A stretch of DNA of 64,000 bases from Paludibacteraceae bacterium (GTDB taxonomy: Bacteria > Bacteroidota > Bacteroidia > Bacteroidales > Paludibacteraceae), in NCBI GenBank assembly GCA_024401555.1, contig JAKSKV010000014.1:14442-78441 (forward strand). Direction: 5' to 3'. The translations under genes were made by a program, and so were the position numbers. How positions within the stretch are numbered: position 1 is the stretch's first letter; each line of letters opens with the position of its first letter. The notes under the pieces were generated by a model, which saw only the letters and a list, made by a program, of their open reading frames with translations, made no database searches and was not told the DNA's origin. This document shows, in pieces, positions 8,968 to 17,108 of this stretch.

Positions 8968-9558
8968 ATGAAAATCGAAATAACACCACGATTAGAAGAA
9001 GCGAGTCCGGTATGCATGGTATTCAGCAATCTAACCGTACATGAATACAACGAAGTACTAGATCTATTGGAGAACAACAGAGAATTACTCGACGGGCCAA
9101 TCAAACACCACGCTTCAGAAAACAGCATCGGGATTCTTGCATACGCCAAGAACGCATTTTCATCACGCATAATTGAAGATCGGTTTAAGTCTGATGACAC
9201 AGTGATCGTAATCAATCACGATAAACTTCCAATCGAACCCGAACATGAATCTAAGAAGAACGATAAGCTTGACAACAAGCCTGACTTCTCATTACTGCAT
9301 CTTGAATTTCCGGAGATCGAAGAGGTAGTGCGCATCTACGAAGCAGGAGAACGCAAATATGGCAGAGATACATGGGAGAGCCTTGAAGATGGCGAGAACC
9401 GCTATTGGTCAGCATTATGCAGACACCACAATGCGCACATGCGTGGTGAAATCCTTGACCCCGAAGACGGATGCTATCACATCGCCAAGGTTATCTGGAA
9501 TGCCATCGCAATGGCTCATTCTTATTTCATCAACAACCCAAGACCACAAGACAAATGA
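8968..9558 (+). CDS. dATP/dGTP pyrophosphohydrolase-like protein (DUF5664-type domain in C-terminal half)
   Basis: KPDFSLLHLEFPEIEEVVRIYEAGERKYGRDTWES...YWSALCRHHNAHMRGEILDPEDGCYHIAKVIWNAIAM. Confidence 0.6.
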   Translation: MKIEITPRLEEASPVCMVFSNLTVHEYNEVLDLLENNRELLDGPIKHHASENSIGILAYAKNAFSSRIIEDRFKSDDTVIVINHDKLPIEPEHESKKNDKLDNKPDFSLLHLEFPEIEEVVRIYEAGERKYGRDTWESLEDGENRYWSALCRHHNAHMRGEILDPEDGCYHIAKVIWNAIAMAHSYFINNPRPQDK

Positions 9559-10091
9559 CACTAAGAGAATACTGTATCGGCGCAGGAAACACCGACCAGA
9601 TTACAGACGAGCAGGCTAAGAAGGGCTATTACTACCTTGGCTTATGCGGAGAAGCAGCTGAAACGTCCGAAAAGATTGCCAATGAGGCAAGCAGGCAAGA
9701 GATAGCAAAAGAATGCGGTGATAGCGTTTGGTACATCGTAAGGCTCATGTACAAACTCAAGGGACTCGAGTCTATCCTCAACGAGGATGTCGACACTGTC
9801 ATTACTTCTTGCCCAGAGAAAATCACTCCACAAGACGCTGCTGTAGCACTCATGATTACGTCTGGTAAAATTGCGGAACGTTACAAGAAGGTAGTACGAG
9901 ACAGGGATGGATTATACGCATTCAGCGATGTCCAGGGGATCTTCGAACTCTTGTTGAAGGCACTGCAACTTGCAAACATTCTCTCCTTGACCCTTGGATA
10001 CAAGTTCTCCGAAGTCCTCGAAATGAACCTCGCAAAACTCGCGTCTCGACAAGCTCGAAACATGATCCACGGATCTGGTGACAACCGTTAA
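9555..10091 (+). CDS. mazG: MazG-like nucleoside triphosphate pyrophosphohydrolase
   Basis: ATG 9555 overlaps the upstream stop (ATGA). LGLCGEAAETSEKI, GDSVWYIV, LEMNLAKLASRQARNMIHGSGDNR (C-terminal GSGDNR signature). Confidence 0.75.
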   Translation: MTLREYCIGAGNTDQITDEQAKKGYYYLGLCGEAAETSEKIANEASRQEIAKECGDSVWYIVRLMYKLKGLESILNEDVDTVITSCPEKITPQDAAVALMITSGKIAERYKKVVRDRDGLYAFSDVQGIFELLLKALQLANILSLTLGYKFSEVLEMNLAKLASRQARNMIHGSGDNR

Positions 10092-10103
10092 AACATTACA
10101 CTT

Positions 10104-10319
10104 ATGAACATTCCTCCATTTATCAAACTTATATCAGACATTGACGGAAACAAGTCCGCGCTCTATCTTAACGTAGAGAACATCGCATGTTACTACACCA
10201 CACTCAGAGGTACTACATGCGTAGAGATGAACTCATCGCGTACTCCGTCAATCTTCTATGTAGACGAGAGTGTCAGCCGTATCACAGAACTTATTGAAGA
10301 AGTATGCAACCTGTCGTAG
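10104..10319 (+). CDS. hypothetical protein
   Basis: 71-aa ORF in the operon. Confidence 0.4.
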   Translation: MNIPPFIKLISDIDGNKSALYLNVENIACYYTTLRGTTCVEMNSSRTPSIFYVDESVSRITELIEEVCNLS

Positions 10320-11146
10320 CCTCATTGGTTAAGAACCCACGTCTATGCGTCGCAGAGGTCCTCATGAACATTCTGCTGTCATTCAACGCGAACACAGAAA
10401 CTCGACTGTATAAGCTGTGCGACATGCTCGATTCAACCCGTTCGGAAAAGGGACTTCGCAAATACGGCATCAAACATCAGTATGCAACCAACGGTAGCAT
10501 AAGAGCAGTAATTGGAGCTCTTCGCAACAGGCTTTCCAAGTACGACAAGAAGTTATTACTACTTATACGCGGACATTATACAGATATCGCAGATGCAATG
10601 GACGCCGCACAGGATGTGTTAGACCCTGTATTCGATGCCGTCGAACGGTTTGTACTGTCAGAAACATCTCGCAAGACATGCTCGACGCCTGACGAACCTG
10701 TTCTTCTTGCACAATGTATTTCTTGCCTCATTTTTCTCGATATGTCTTCCACTCTTTTCGATGACATCACGTCCGAGAATAACTTCCATGAACTCAATTC
10801 CGATAATGCATACATATTCCTTCGAATGAATCAGTTGTACGAACAGCTTAAGAAGATTGTTCTATATCTTCCATGGACAGACACGGACGGAGATCCGCTT
10901 CATTTCAATATGGATAGCGTCATACGTTCAGAGGCCGTTGCTGAGTCACTGAAGGATATCTTCTATATGGTATATTCAGCCGAGTTCGCAGATATAATAC
11001 TCGAAGCCAGAGGAGGCATCGAAACAAAATTTTCAGAGCATTTCAAGTCGTTCGTCGACCGTTTCGTTCCAGATACGTTGACGATCGAAGAATATAAACT
11101 CAAATACATCAACAAACAATGGACATCACATTCCCAGGCGTCATAA
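10304..11146 (+). CDS. hypothetical protein
   Basis: 280-aa ORF; no motif recognised; alternative start at 10364. Confidence 0.5.
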   Translation: MQPVVASLVKNPRLCVAEVLMNILLSFNANTETRLYKLCDMLDSTRSEKGLRKYGIKHQYATNGSIRAVIGALRNRLSKYDKKLLLLIRGHYTDIADAMDAAQDVLDPVFDAVERFVLSETSRKTCSTPDEPVLLAQCISCLIFLDMSSTLFDDITSENNFHELNSDNAYIFLRMNQLYEQLKKIVLYLPWTDTDGDPLHFNMDSVIRSEAVAESLKDIFYMVYSAEFADIILEARGGIETKFSEHFKSFVDRFVPDTLTIEEYKLKYINKQWTSHSQAS

Positions 11147-11649
11147 CCAAGATCGCCACACCAGAACAAGTCACCGACCGCCAGACAGGTCAGCCAAACG
11201 GCGCAACACGTTACCGTTTCCTCGTCGAGGAGCAGATGCAGCAGTATCCAGATTCTGTAGTAGTAGAGATCTACGATAAGACTTCTGACGGCTCAGCCAT
11301 CACAAACGCATTCCAGGCGCTCGGAGTTCAGAACCCGCTACAGGTAGGTACAATCGGAATCTTCCACCTTAATCTTCGCGGAAAAATCGACATCTCTCCG
11401 AAGACTGGCAAGGAGTATGCAATGAACTACGCTGCCGATCTCTGGAAGGTTGAGCCATACAACGCTCAGCCTGCAGCACAGCCTTTCTCTGCTCAAGGCA
11501 CACAGGCAGCTCCTGTCCAACAGCTCCAGCAGCCGCCGCAGCAGCAGTTCAACCCTGCCGCATCGGCATTCGCTCCACAGCCGCCTTTTCAAGGACAGCA
11601 ACCACAACCACAGTTCGGAGGACAAGCCTACCAGCAGGTCCCATACTGA
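11119..11649 (+). CDS. OB-fold DUF3127-like protein with Gln/Pro-rich tail (candidate SSB)
   Basis: The N-terminal ~110 aa resemble the Bacteroidota DUF3127 architecture. C-terminal tail: QPAAQPFSAQGTQAAPVQQLQQPPQQQ...QQVPY. Confidence 0.45.
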   Translation: MDITFPGVITKIATPEQVTDRQTGQPNGATRYRFLVEEQMQQYPDSVVVEIYDKTSDGSAITNAFQALGVQNPLQVGTIGIFHLNLRGKIDISPKTGKEYAMNYAADLWKVEPYNAQPAAQPFSAQGTQAAPVQQLQQPPQQQFNPAASAFAPQPPFQGQQPQPQFGGQAYQQVPY

Positions 11650-11702
11650 TTCGACGAGAGACTGGTAACGCTTATACGAGTGTTTGACTTAACAGTAATA
11701 TC

Positions 11703-11978
11703 ATGGAAGTCGCTGTCAACGGATACTATTTCTACGTCGAGAAGCCTGTAGACTCACGCAGGACAACCCGATATGGAGACCAGATCTTCTACACATCAAT
11801 GGAAATTGTCAGATGCCTCGGTATGGAAGAAGGATTGTTCGTATTCGAACGCGCTGACGGCTCCATGCTGAAGCTGAAGAAGCTCTCGTCTGTGTATGAA
11901 GAGCATAACCCTCACAGGAATAAGGAACCTCGATGGATAAGCCCGAATCCTAACCATGTGAGCAAACTGTTCAAATAA
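11703..11978 (+). CDS. hypothetical protein
   Basis: 91-aa ORF; last gene of the plus-strand early block. Confidence 0.45.
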   Translation: MEVAVNGYYFYVEKPVDSRRTTRYGDQIFYTSMEIVRCLGMEEGLFVFERADGSMLKLKKLSSVYEEHNPHRNKEPRWISPNPNHVSKLFK

Positions 11979-11982
11979 TGAT

Positions 11983-12023
11983 GCGCCCCGTAGCCATTAG
12001 CCGCCACGGGGTGCATTTTTTTT
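11983..12023. terminator. bidirectional terminator between convergent early and accessory operons
   Basis: gcgccccgt (14-nt loop) acggggtgc forms a 9-bp stem, followed by tttttttt. Confidence 0.6.
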
Positions 12024-12432
12024 ATTTATGTCTGCAACAATCGCAAAGAAGATGCTTAGCGGCAGGATATACATCGCGGATAAACTCTCCGCTTACATAC
12101 GCTATGTCCTCTCCGTAGTGGTCGAACATGCATCCCTCTTCGATGTCTTGAAGCAGATGACGCATCTCGTGTTCGAGAGAGTTCCAATACTCTGATCCGC
12201 TCGTCGTAAGGCCGATAACCATCACAGTCTCGCGTTTCTTTATGTCAGAAAACGTGATTCCGGAGTTCACGCATCCATTCCACAGGCTCCTACTCGCCTG
12301 TTCGAGCTTGTCTCCTTTGCATCCGAGCCTTATCAGCTCGTCAAGTATTTCGTCTGCGAATACACATGTGACGCAATGATAGACCATCACATGCCATCCT
12401 ACCCTGTCGATGTAAATATCCTGCTCAATCAT
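12022..12432 (-). CDS. small HExxH metalloprotease-like protein (ImmA/IrrE-like), paralogue 1
   Basis: LEHEMRHLL then E-DIAY-VSG about 20 aa downstream. Same architecture as the ORFs at 56687..57124 and 61906..62283. Confidence 0.55.
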   Translation of the reverse strand: MIEQDIYIDRVGWHVMVYHCVTCVFADEILDELIRLGCKGDKLEQASRSLWNGCVNSGITFSDIKKRETVMVIGLTTSGSEYWNSLEHEMRHLLQDIEEGCMFDHYGEDIAYVSGEFIRDVYPAAKHLLCDCCRHK

Positions 12433-12444
12433 GGTTGTCCAAAA

Positions 12445-12858
12445 TTATAGTATGTCCTCCCAAGGAATGCTCACACCGTCCTCGATCATGTCTGAATACC
12501 AATGACGGAAGACACGTTCTTTCCCGCCATCAACATCGTCAAGAACGTCTTTGATATGCTTGGCCAGGTGCTGCTCGTCGGCAATTGAAGAACCATAGAA
12601 GTCCATCATTGCCATGCTCTTCAGGTAGCACTTGTCGTAGCCATTGTCGTTCTTCAGGTGGATGTTAAAGCGCGTTAGCATCTCGTCAACCTCGTCCATA
12701 GTGCAAGGCTTTGCCATCTGCTCATTGCCATTGGCATCCTCCTTCCACATGCGCTTCACAGAATACAAGTATGCCTTCTTCGAGAAGTGCCATCCGTTGT
12801 GCTGCAAGTACTCCTTCTTGCCTGCTGGCTGAGGAGCGTATAAATCAAGACTTTTCAT
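12445..12858 (-). CDS. hypothetical protein
   Basis: Track ORF starts at a TTG (12921). ATG 12858 was chosen (MKSLDLYAPQ...); alternative ATG at 12912. Confidence 0.45.
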   Translation of the reverse strand: MKSLDLYAPQPAGKKEYLQHNGWHFSKKAYLYSVKRMWKEDANGNEQMAKPCTMDEVDEMLTRFNIHLKNDNGYDKCYLKSMAMMDFYGSSIADEQHLAKHIKDVLDDVDGGKERVFRHWYSDMIEDGVSIPWEDIL

Positions 12859-12917
12859 ATAAGTGTCTTTAATATGAGTGCAGCCTGGGGTGTTTCTCCC
12901 CAAGCCACACATTGTTC

Positions 12918-13187
12918 TCAATCGTAGTATGGATCACGCATGCCATAGCGACGGCCCATGCCGTAACGGCCAGTTCCCTTGACACCACGGCGCTCGCCCA
13001 TGCGATCCGACATATCACCATCTTCATGACGATACTCGTCGTCACGCATGCCGTAGCGACGGCTCATGCGATCATCGCACATGTCTTCGACGTTGCTCAT
13101 TGCACGTCCCGCGTAGTACAGAGCCCTCTCGAGGTTCTCTGACAGCTCAGTCTTCTGCTCAGAGCTGATTTCTATCATCTGATACAT
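12918..13187 (-). CDS. hypothetical Arg/Asp/Gly-rich protein with RRYGMRD repeats
   Basis: SRRYGMRDDEY ... GRYGMGRRYGMRDPYY, encoded by a ~27-nt direct DNA repeat (12934-12960 and 13042-13068). Confidence 0.45.
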   Translation of the reverse strand: MYQMIEISSEQKTELSENLERALYYAGRAMSNVEDMCDDRMSRRYGMRDDEYRHEDGDMSDRMGERRGVKGTGRYGMGRRYGMRDPYYD

Positions 13188-13192
13188 AGTAG

Positions 13193-13717
13193 TTACTGGT
13201 TTTTAGTTGTTGACTTGGAAGCAGATGCTGTTCCCTGCATCTTCGACAGCATGTCCGTTATGTTGATGATGCCTCCATTCAGCTGGCTGATGCTTTGTTC
13301 CAGCGCGTTCAGTCTCGCGTCGGTCTCCTTCTCCTTGGCAAAGGATGGCGATAGCTTGGCAAGCATTCCGTCACACTCCTTGAGCACTTTCTGGTGGTAG
13401 TCCACGGTGTCGAGTACGGCTTTGCTCTGCCTTGCCATATTCTCCACCTCCTGCGCCATCAGCTCGCGCGTTTCAGTAACTATAACATTGCCATACACGG
13501 CAGTTGCTGCGTTTGGCTGCATCTGCTTGAACTCATTGGAAGTGCCATCGTCGAACTTGACACTCACGTCGATGGTCTGCCCAGGCATATTCTGTAACCA
13601 AGGCATACTGTTATATCCCGTTGGCTGTGTCACACTATCCACGACACCGACCTTCAATGTAAGGTTTCCCTTGTCCATTACAAAAATGGATGACCCTTGT
13701 CTCAAAGCATTGAACAT
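13193..13717 (-). CDS. hypothetical protein (beta-rich N-terminus, coiled-coil C-terminus)
   Basis: 174-aa ORF in the operon. Confidence 0.5.
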   Translation of the reverse strand: MFNALRQGSSIFVMDKGNLTLKVGVVDSVTQPTGYNSMPWLQNMPGQTIDVSVKFDDGTSNEFKQMQPNAATAVYGNVIVTETRELMAQEVENMARQSKAVLDTVDYHQKVLKECDGMLAKLSPSFAKEKETDARLNALEQSISQLNGGIINITDMLSKMQGTASASKSTTKNQ

Positions 13718-13737
13718 ATCTTCTTCCTTGTTAATTG

Positions 13738-14070
13738 TTATGCAATACGCTGTAGTCTGTTGCTTGCTGAATCATAGAAGCAAAGCATGACGCCATTGCC
13801 TGCTGTTACGATGTCACTTGTCAGGACTGGCGAGCCAGCGAAGTCGAGCAATGGCTGATTGCCGCTTACACCATCGGTAGCAAAGACAACTGGCAGTGAA
13901 CTTGTAGTTATCTCGGTAGGAATCTTTGCCCAGAAGCCTCCTGTCCAATCGTTACCGAAAGCATACTGCTTGAATGTGATAATCGTGTTCGTGGAGTTGG
14001 TTGTAACAACACCTTCGAGAAGTGGCAAGCCCATAGAGTTAGCCACATTAGGATAACGAAGAATCTCCAT
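13738..14070 (-). CDS. hypothetical protein
   Basis: 110-aa ORF preceded by GGAGAAAA. Confidence 0.5.
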   Translation of the reverse strand: MEILRYPNVANSMGLPLLEGVVTTNSTNTIITFKQYAFGNDWTGGFWAKIPTEITTSSLPVVFATDGVSGNQPLLDFAGSPVLTSDIVTAGNGVMLCFYDSASNRLQRIA

Positions 14071-14095
14071 AGTTTTCTCCTTTCTTTGTTAAATG

Positions 14096-15007
14096 TTATG
14101 ACCAAATAGAACCACGACCCTGTGCGCTATATGGGTAGCCTCCGCCATAGAGGGCAGCATTCCACGCTACACAATTTGGAACCCCAACAACAGGTGAATA
14201 CGGTATTGTGATAGTGTCTGCCTGCTTGCACTTGATCTCATTGAGCTGAGAGTAGATAGGAGCAAGCTCAGCAGCACGCTCTGCACGGCTATTGGCAGCG
14301 GTCAAGGCTGCGGTAAGCGATGATATCTCCCTGTCCTTCCTACTATCCTCCACTGCGTCAATCTTAGCGAGTACCGCACGTGTGTTGGCATCGTTATTAG
14401 CGGCCAGAGCGGTTGTCTGTGCCTGGGTAGCGTATGCCACATCACCGAAGCCCTTCTGAATCATGTTCGACTGCTGGAGGTTGTTAATCTGGTTCTCGTA
14501 GCCCATCTTGAGGGTCTCCTGCTTAATCTCGCAGCAACAAGAAGAGAGCTGGTTAGCCATAGCCGCATTGCCGCTGTTAATCGAGTTGATGACCTGCATG
14601 AAGTTCATGCCGTTCTGGCTTGCGAGGTTGCAAATTTGCTGCTGAACACCATTGATGGCACAAGTTACAGCATCCTTAGTGAGGTTGAGGTTGGTCGCAA
14701 GATTTGCGATAGCACCGCTGTTGCCCTTGATAGCGTCCATCAAGAGCGTTGAGTTCTGATTGCTTGTCAGCTGTTCACGGATTGCCTGGAGCTGCAGATC
14801 CTGAGCACACTGATTACCGCGATTGCCGCCGAAGAAATTGCCGTTAGCAAAGATGCCGAGGAACACAAGAGCCCAAATTGGGTTATTCCACATACCTCCG
14901 CCAAATCCGCCATTGCCGCCCATCATCGAGCCAAGAAGCAAACTTTCTGCATTGTTTCCGAGTCCACCTCCATCCGGGAGGAAAACCCTTGTTACGTTTT
15001 CGTTCAT
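14096..15007 (-). CDS. Gly-rich membrane-anchored coiled-coil protein, unknown function
   Basis: Trimmed to ATG 15007; the track extension to 15223 runs through the promoter. GGNGGFGGGMWNNPIWALVFLGIFANGNFFGG is a transmembrane segment. Asn/Gln/Ala-rich helices follow, with an SSCCCEIK triple Cys. Confidence 0.55.
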   Translation of the reverse strand: MNENVTRVFLPDGGGLGNNAESLLLGSMMGGNGGFGGGMWNNPIWALVFLGIFANGNFFGGNRGNQCAQDLQLQAIREQLTSNQNSTLLMDAIKGNSGAIANLATNLNLTKDAVTCAINGVQQQICNLASQNGMNFMQVINSINSGNAAMANQLSSCCCEIKQETLKMGYENQINNLQQSNMIQKGFGDVAYATQAQTTALAANNDANTRAVLAKIDAVEDSRKDREISSLTAALTAANSRAERAAELAPIYSQLNEIKCKQADTITIPYSPVVGVPNCVAWNAALYGGGYPYSAQGRGSIWS

Positions 15008-15079
15008 AGTAAAAATACTGGTTTGAAAATTATAGTACACGTCTCCAATCCACCGCGCGAATGGAATGTTTTGACGGTG

Positions 15080-15087
15080 CAAAGTTA
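15080..15087 (-). promoter_or_regulatory. -7 box TAacTTTG (then CACC) for the accessory operon
   Basis: Reverse complement of caaagtta; about 70 nt upstream of ATG 15007. Confidence 0.45.
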
Positions 15088-15203
15088 CAGCTTTTATCAA
15101 GTATATTCTTGAACTATGAAATCGTTTTATAACTATCTGATTATCACAACAGTCATTTCTCAGAACGACGAAAAAATGGCCACGACTCTCGTCGCAGCCA
15201 TTC

Positions 15204-15605
15204 TTACACATAATACCTATCAATGATTCTTAGTAATCTGTCATCAATCTTTTCTATATCCTTTCTTTTGACATACCCCATGTTCACCAATTTCTCGTCA
15301 ACCTTATACATCTCATTGCTGAGCCAATAGTCCCTATTATCTCCGCAATCGAATTTCCTGCCTTTCGGGACAGCACCATCCCTTATCCAGTTCCAGATCG
15401 TCCTGTCAGATTTTCCGTACCTCATGGCAAGATCTCCTATGTACAGTATCTTCACTTGCGGCGCAGATGCCACCTTCAACAGCTTCAAGCACGCTGCCAT
15501 CTGCTCGTTGCTAAGTACTACACTGTTGTATAGTTCTGATCTCTTGTCCTTGAGCGCATTCCCGATGTGGCAGAAAATCTCGCCCAATACAACCTTGTTA
15601 TCCAT
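15204..15605 (-). CDS. HTH DNA-binding protein, excisionase/AlpA-like (Xis candidate)
   Basis: ATG 15605. ILYIGDLAMRYGKSDRTIWNWIRDGAVPKG is an HTH_17/excisionase-type motif. Divergent from the integrase gene. Confidence 0.5.
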   Translation of the reverse strand: MDNKVVLGEIFCHIGNALKDKRSELYNSVVLSNEQMAACLKLLKVASAPQVKILYIGDLAMRYGKSDRTIWNWIRDGAVPKGRKFDCGDNRDYWLSNEMYKVDEKLVNMGYVKRKDIEKIDDRLLRIIDRYYV

Positions 15606-15638
15606 GTGTTCAATGTGAGTTATTCCAAAATCATGGTG

Positions 15639-15646
15639 CAAAGATA
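15639..15646 (-). promoter_or_regulatory. -7 box TAtcTTTG (then CACC) for the Xis-like gene
   Basis: Reverse complement of caaagata; 34 nt upstream of ATG 15605. Confidence 0.45.
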
Positions 15647-15829
15647 AGCGCTATCAGCAACATGTCAAATACTTTTTTATTGTATTATTTAATATTGTAA
15701 TAAGAGGTGCTTACGTATGTATTGAGATTGATTATGGTTGGCAGAAACGGACGAAGATGTATCTATGAACATCCATTATATACTGATAAACACTTTTTAT
15801 GTTTACACAAACTTAACACATCTAAAAAT

Positions 15830-16966
15830 ATGATCACTTATCAATCAATGGCAGGAACTTCGCCTGTATGCAATCAATTCGTTTCAGAATCAGGCTTTGA
15901 CGCAGCTCGCCTATCCGCACTCGTTGCCAATCGCAACAATCGTTTTCATCTGGATCTATCCAATCACACGCTCATTGGTGTGCTTGAAGCCTATGCTACA
16001 TTCAAGCGTCGCAGTTCGCCCCGCTTCAACAACAATGCCGTGATCGGTGCAATTCGTCATCTTCAGGATGCACTTAAACTTGAAATCGGTTCAGAGCTTA
16101 TGCCTATTGATGTGACCGACATATTCTACGATGAGTTCAAATTATTCTTGATGTCACGTCCAAGTCCACGCGGAGGACATATTAAACCGTCTACAATCCA
16201 GAATTATTTTGACCACATCCGTGCTGCACTCACATGGGGAGCAATGCACCGCTGCCCCGTATCAGAGACATTCCGGTGCTATAAGGTTGAATCGTACGAA
16301 TTGACAAAGGTAGTGCTTTCTACGTCTCAGATAGCTCATATTTATTACTACGATATAGATGGGAACAAAGATAAAATAAAGAAAATTCTTGAAACATACC
16401 CTATCCGTGGATTCTCTTTTGCCAATCTTCATAAGGTGAAAGATCAATTCTGCTTTGAAGCAAATACTGCACAACGATACTCTGATGCATCCAGAATAAG
16501 CGAAGAAAACTTCAATGAAAACCATACTGTAATGAGAGTTACGCAGCAGAAAACTGGAGGGAAGGCGAGTGTTAACATTATGAAATATGCCATAGACAAG
16601 AAAATAGTGTATGAGATTTTGAAGAAATATAATTATAAATCACCTGCATTCGGAATGGCTATAAGCAATTTCAACAGGCTTCTGCACCTTCTACTCCAAT
16701 CAATAGGCGGAGAGTTCCTTGAGCCTGTTCTGTCCGAAAACAAAATCAACGGCACAATAGTCAGCGAACGAATCCCAAAGTGGAAACTCATCGCTTCTCA
16801 CACCGCACGTCGAACATTCGTGAGTTATCATATTAAACATGGAAAGAATTTATTGCAAATACAGCGTTGCACCGGGCATAAAGACCTGCGAAGCATACAG
16901 GCATATAGCGTGCTCGAAAAGAAGAAGAAGACTAATGCGATAAAATCGAATTTTTGCGTTATCTAA
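15830..16966 (+). CDS. int: tyrosine recombinase / phage integrase
   Basis: C-terminal catalytic signature HTARRTFVSYHI...GHKDLRSIQAY (HxxR...H...Y). N-terminal SAM-like domain. ATG 15830 chosen over the GTG at 15707. Confidence 0.85.
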   Translation: MITYQSMAGTSPVCNQFVSESGFDAARLSALVANRNNRFHLDLSNHTLIGVLEAYATFKRRSSPRFNNNAVIGAIRHLQDALKLEIGSELMPIDVTDIFYDEFKLFLMSRPSPRGGHIKPSTIQNYFDHIRAALTWGAMHRCPVSETFRCYKVESYELTKVVLSTSQIAHIYYYDIDGNKDKIKKILETYPIRGFSFANLHKVKDQFCFEANTAQRYSDASRISEENFNENHTVMRVTQQKTGGKASVNIMKYAIDKKIVYEILKKYNYKSPAFGMAISNFNRLLHLLLQSIGGEFLEPVLSENKINGTIVSERIPKWKLIASHTARRTFVSYHIKHGKNLLQIQRCTGHKDLRSIQAYSVLEKKKKTNAIKSNFCVI

Positions 16967-17013
16967 AAAACGCGAAACCGCCAAGTTAAGCGCAGGAGCT
17001 GTCCTTAAACAGC

Positions 17014-17055
17014 ACACCCGACAGCAAGAATCTCTCTCGTTGTCGGGTGTTTTTT
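17014..17055. terminator. bidirectional terminator between int and the tail-fibre gene
   Basis: acacccgaca (17-nt loop) tgtcgggtgt followed by ttttt. Confidence 0.6.
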
Positions 17056-17108
17056 GTACATCATTTCGGTGATGTCAACGATATTTTCACCTTAATGATT
17101 TAGGGGCG

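Noticed and set aside
8968-10091. Z-genome (2-aminoadenine) pathway suggested by the MazG-like plus dATP/dGTP pyrophosphohydrolase-like pair
   Set aside because: No PurZ-like adenylosuccinate-synthetase homologue and no HD-type dATPase is recognisable anywhere in the window, so the pathway is not supported.
13193-15007. Idea that the Gly-rich 303-aa, 110-aa and 174-aa proteins are remnants of an integrated microvirus (Alpavirinae-like)
   Set aside because: There is no large jelly-roll capsid gene or rolling-circle Rep gene nearby. The genes form a normal operon with phage-type promoter and terminator.
15008-15223. 72-codon N-terminal extension of track ORF 14096..15223
   Set aside because: The extension runs through the promoter box at 15080 and overlaps the 3-prime end of the Xis-like gene. 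Its sequence (MIGIMCKNGCDESRGHFFVV...) looks non-protein-like. ATG 15007 gives a sensible start.
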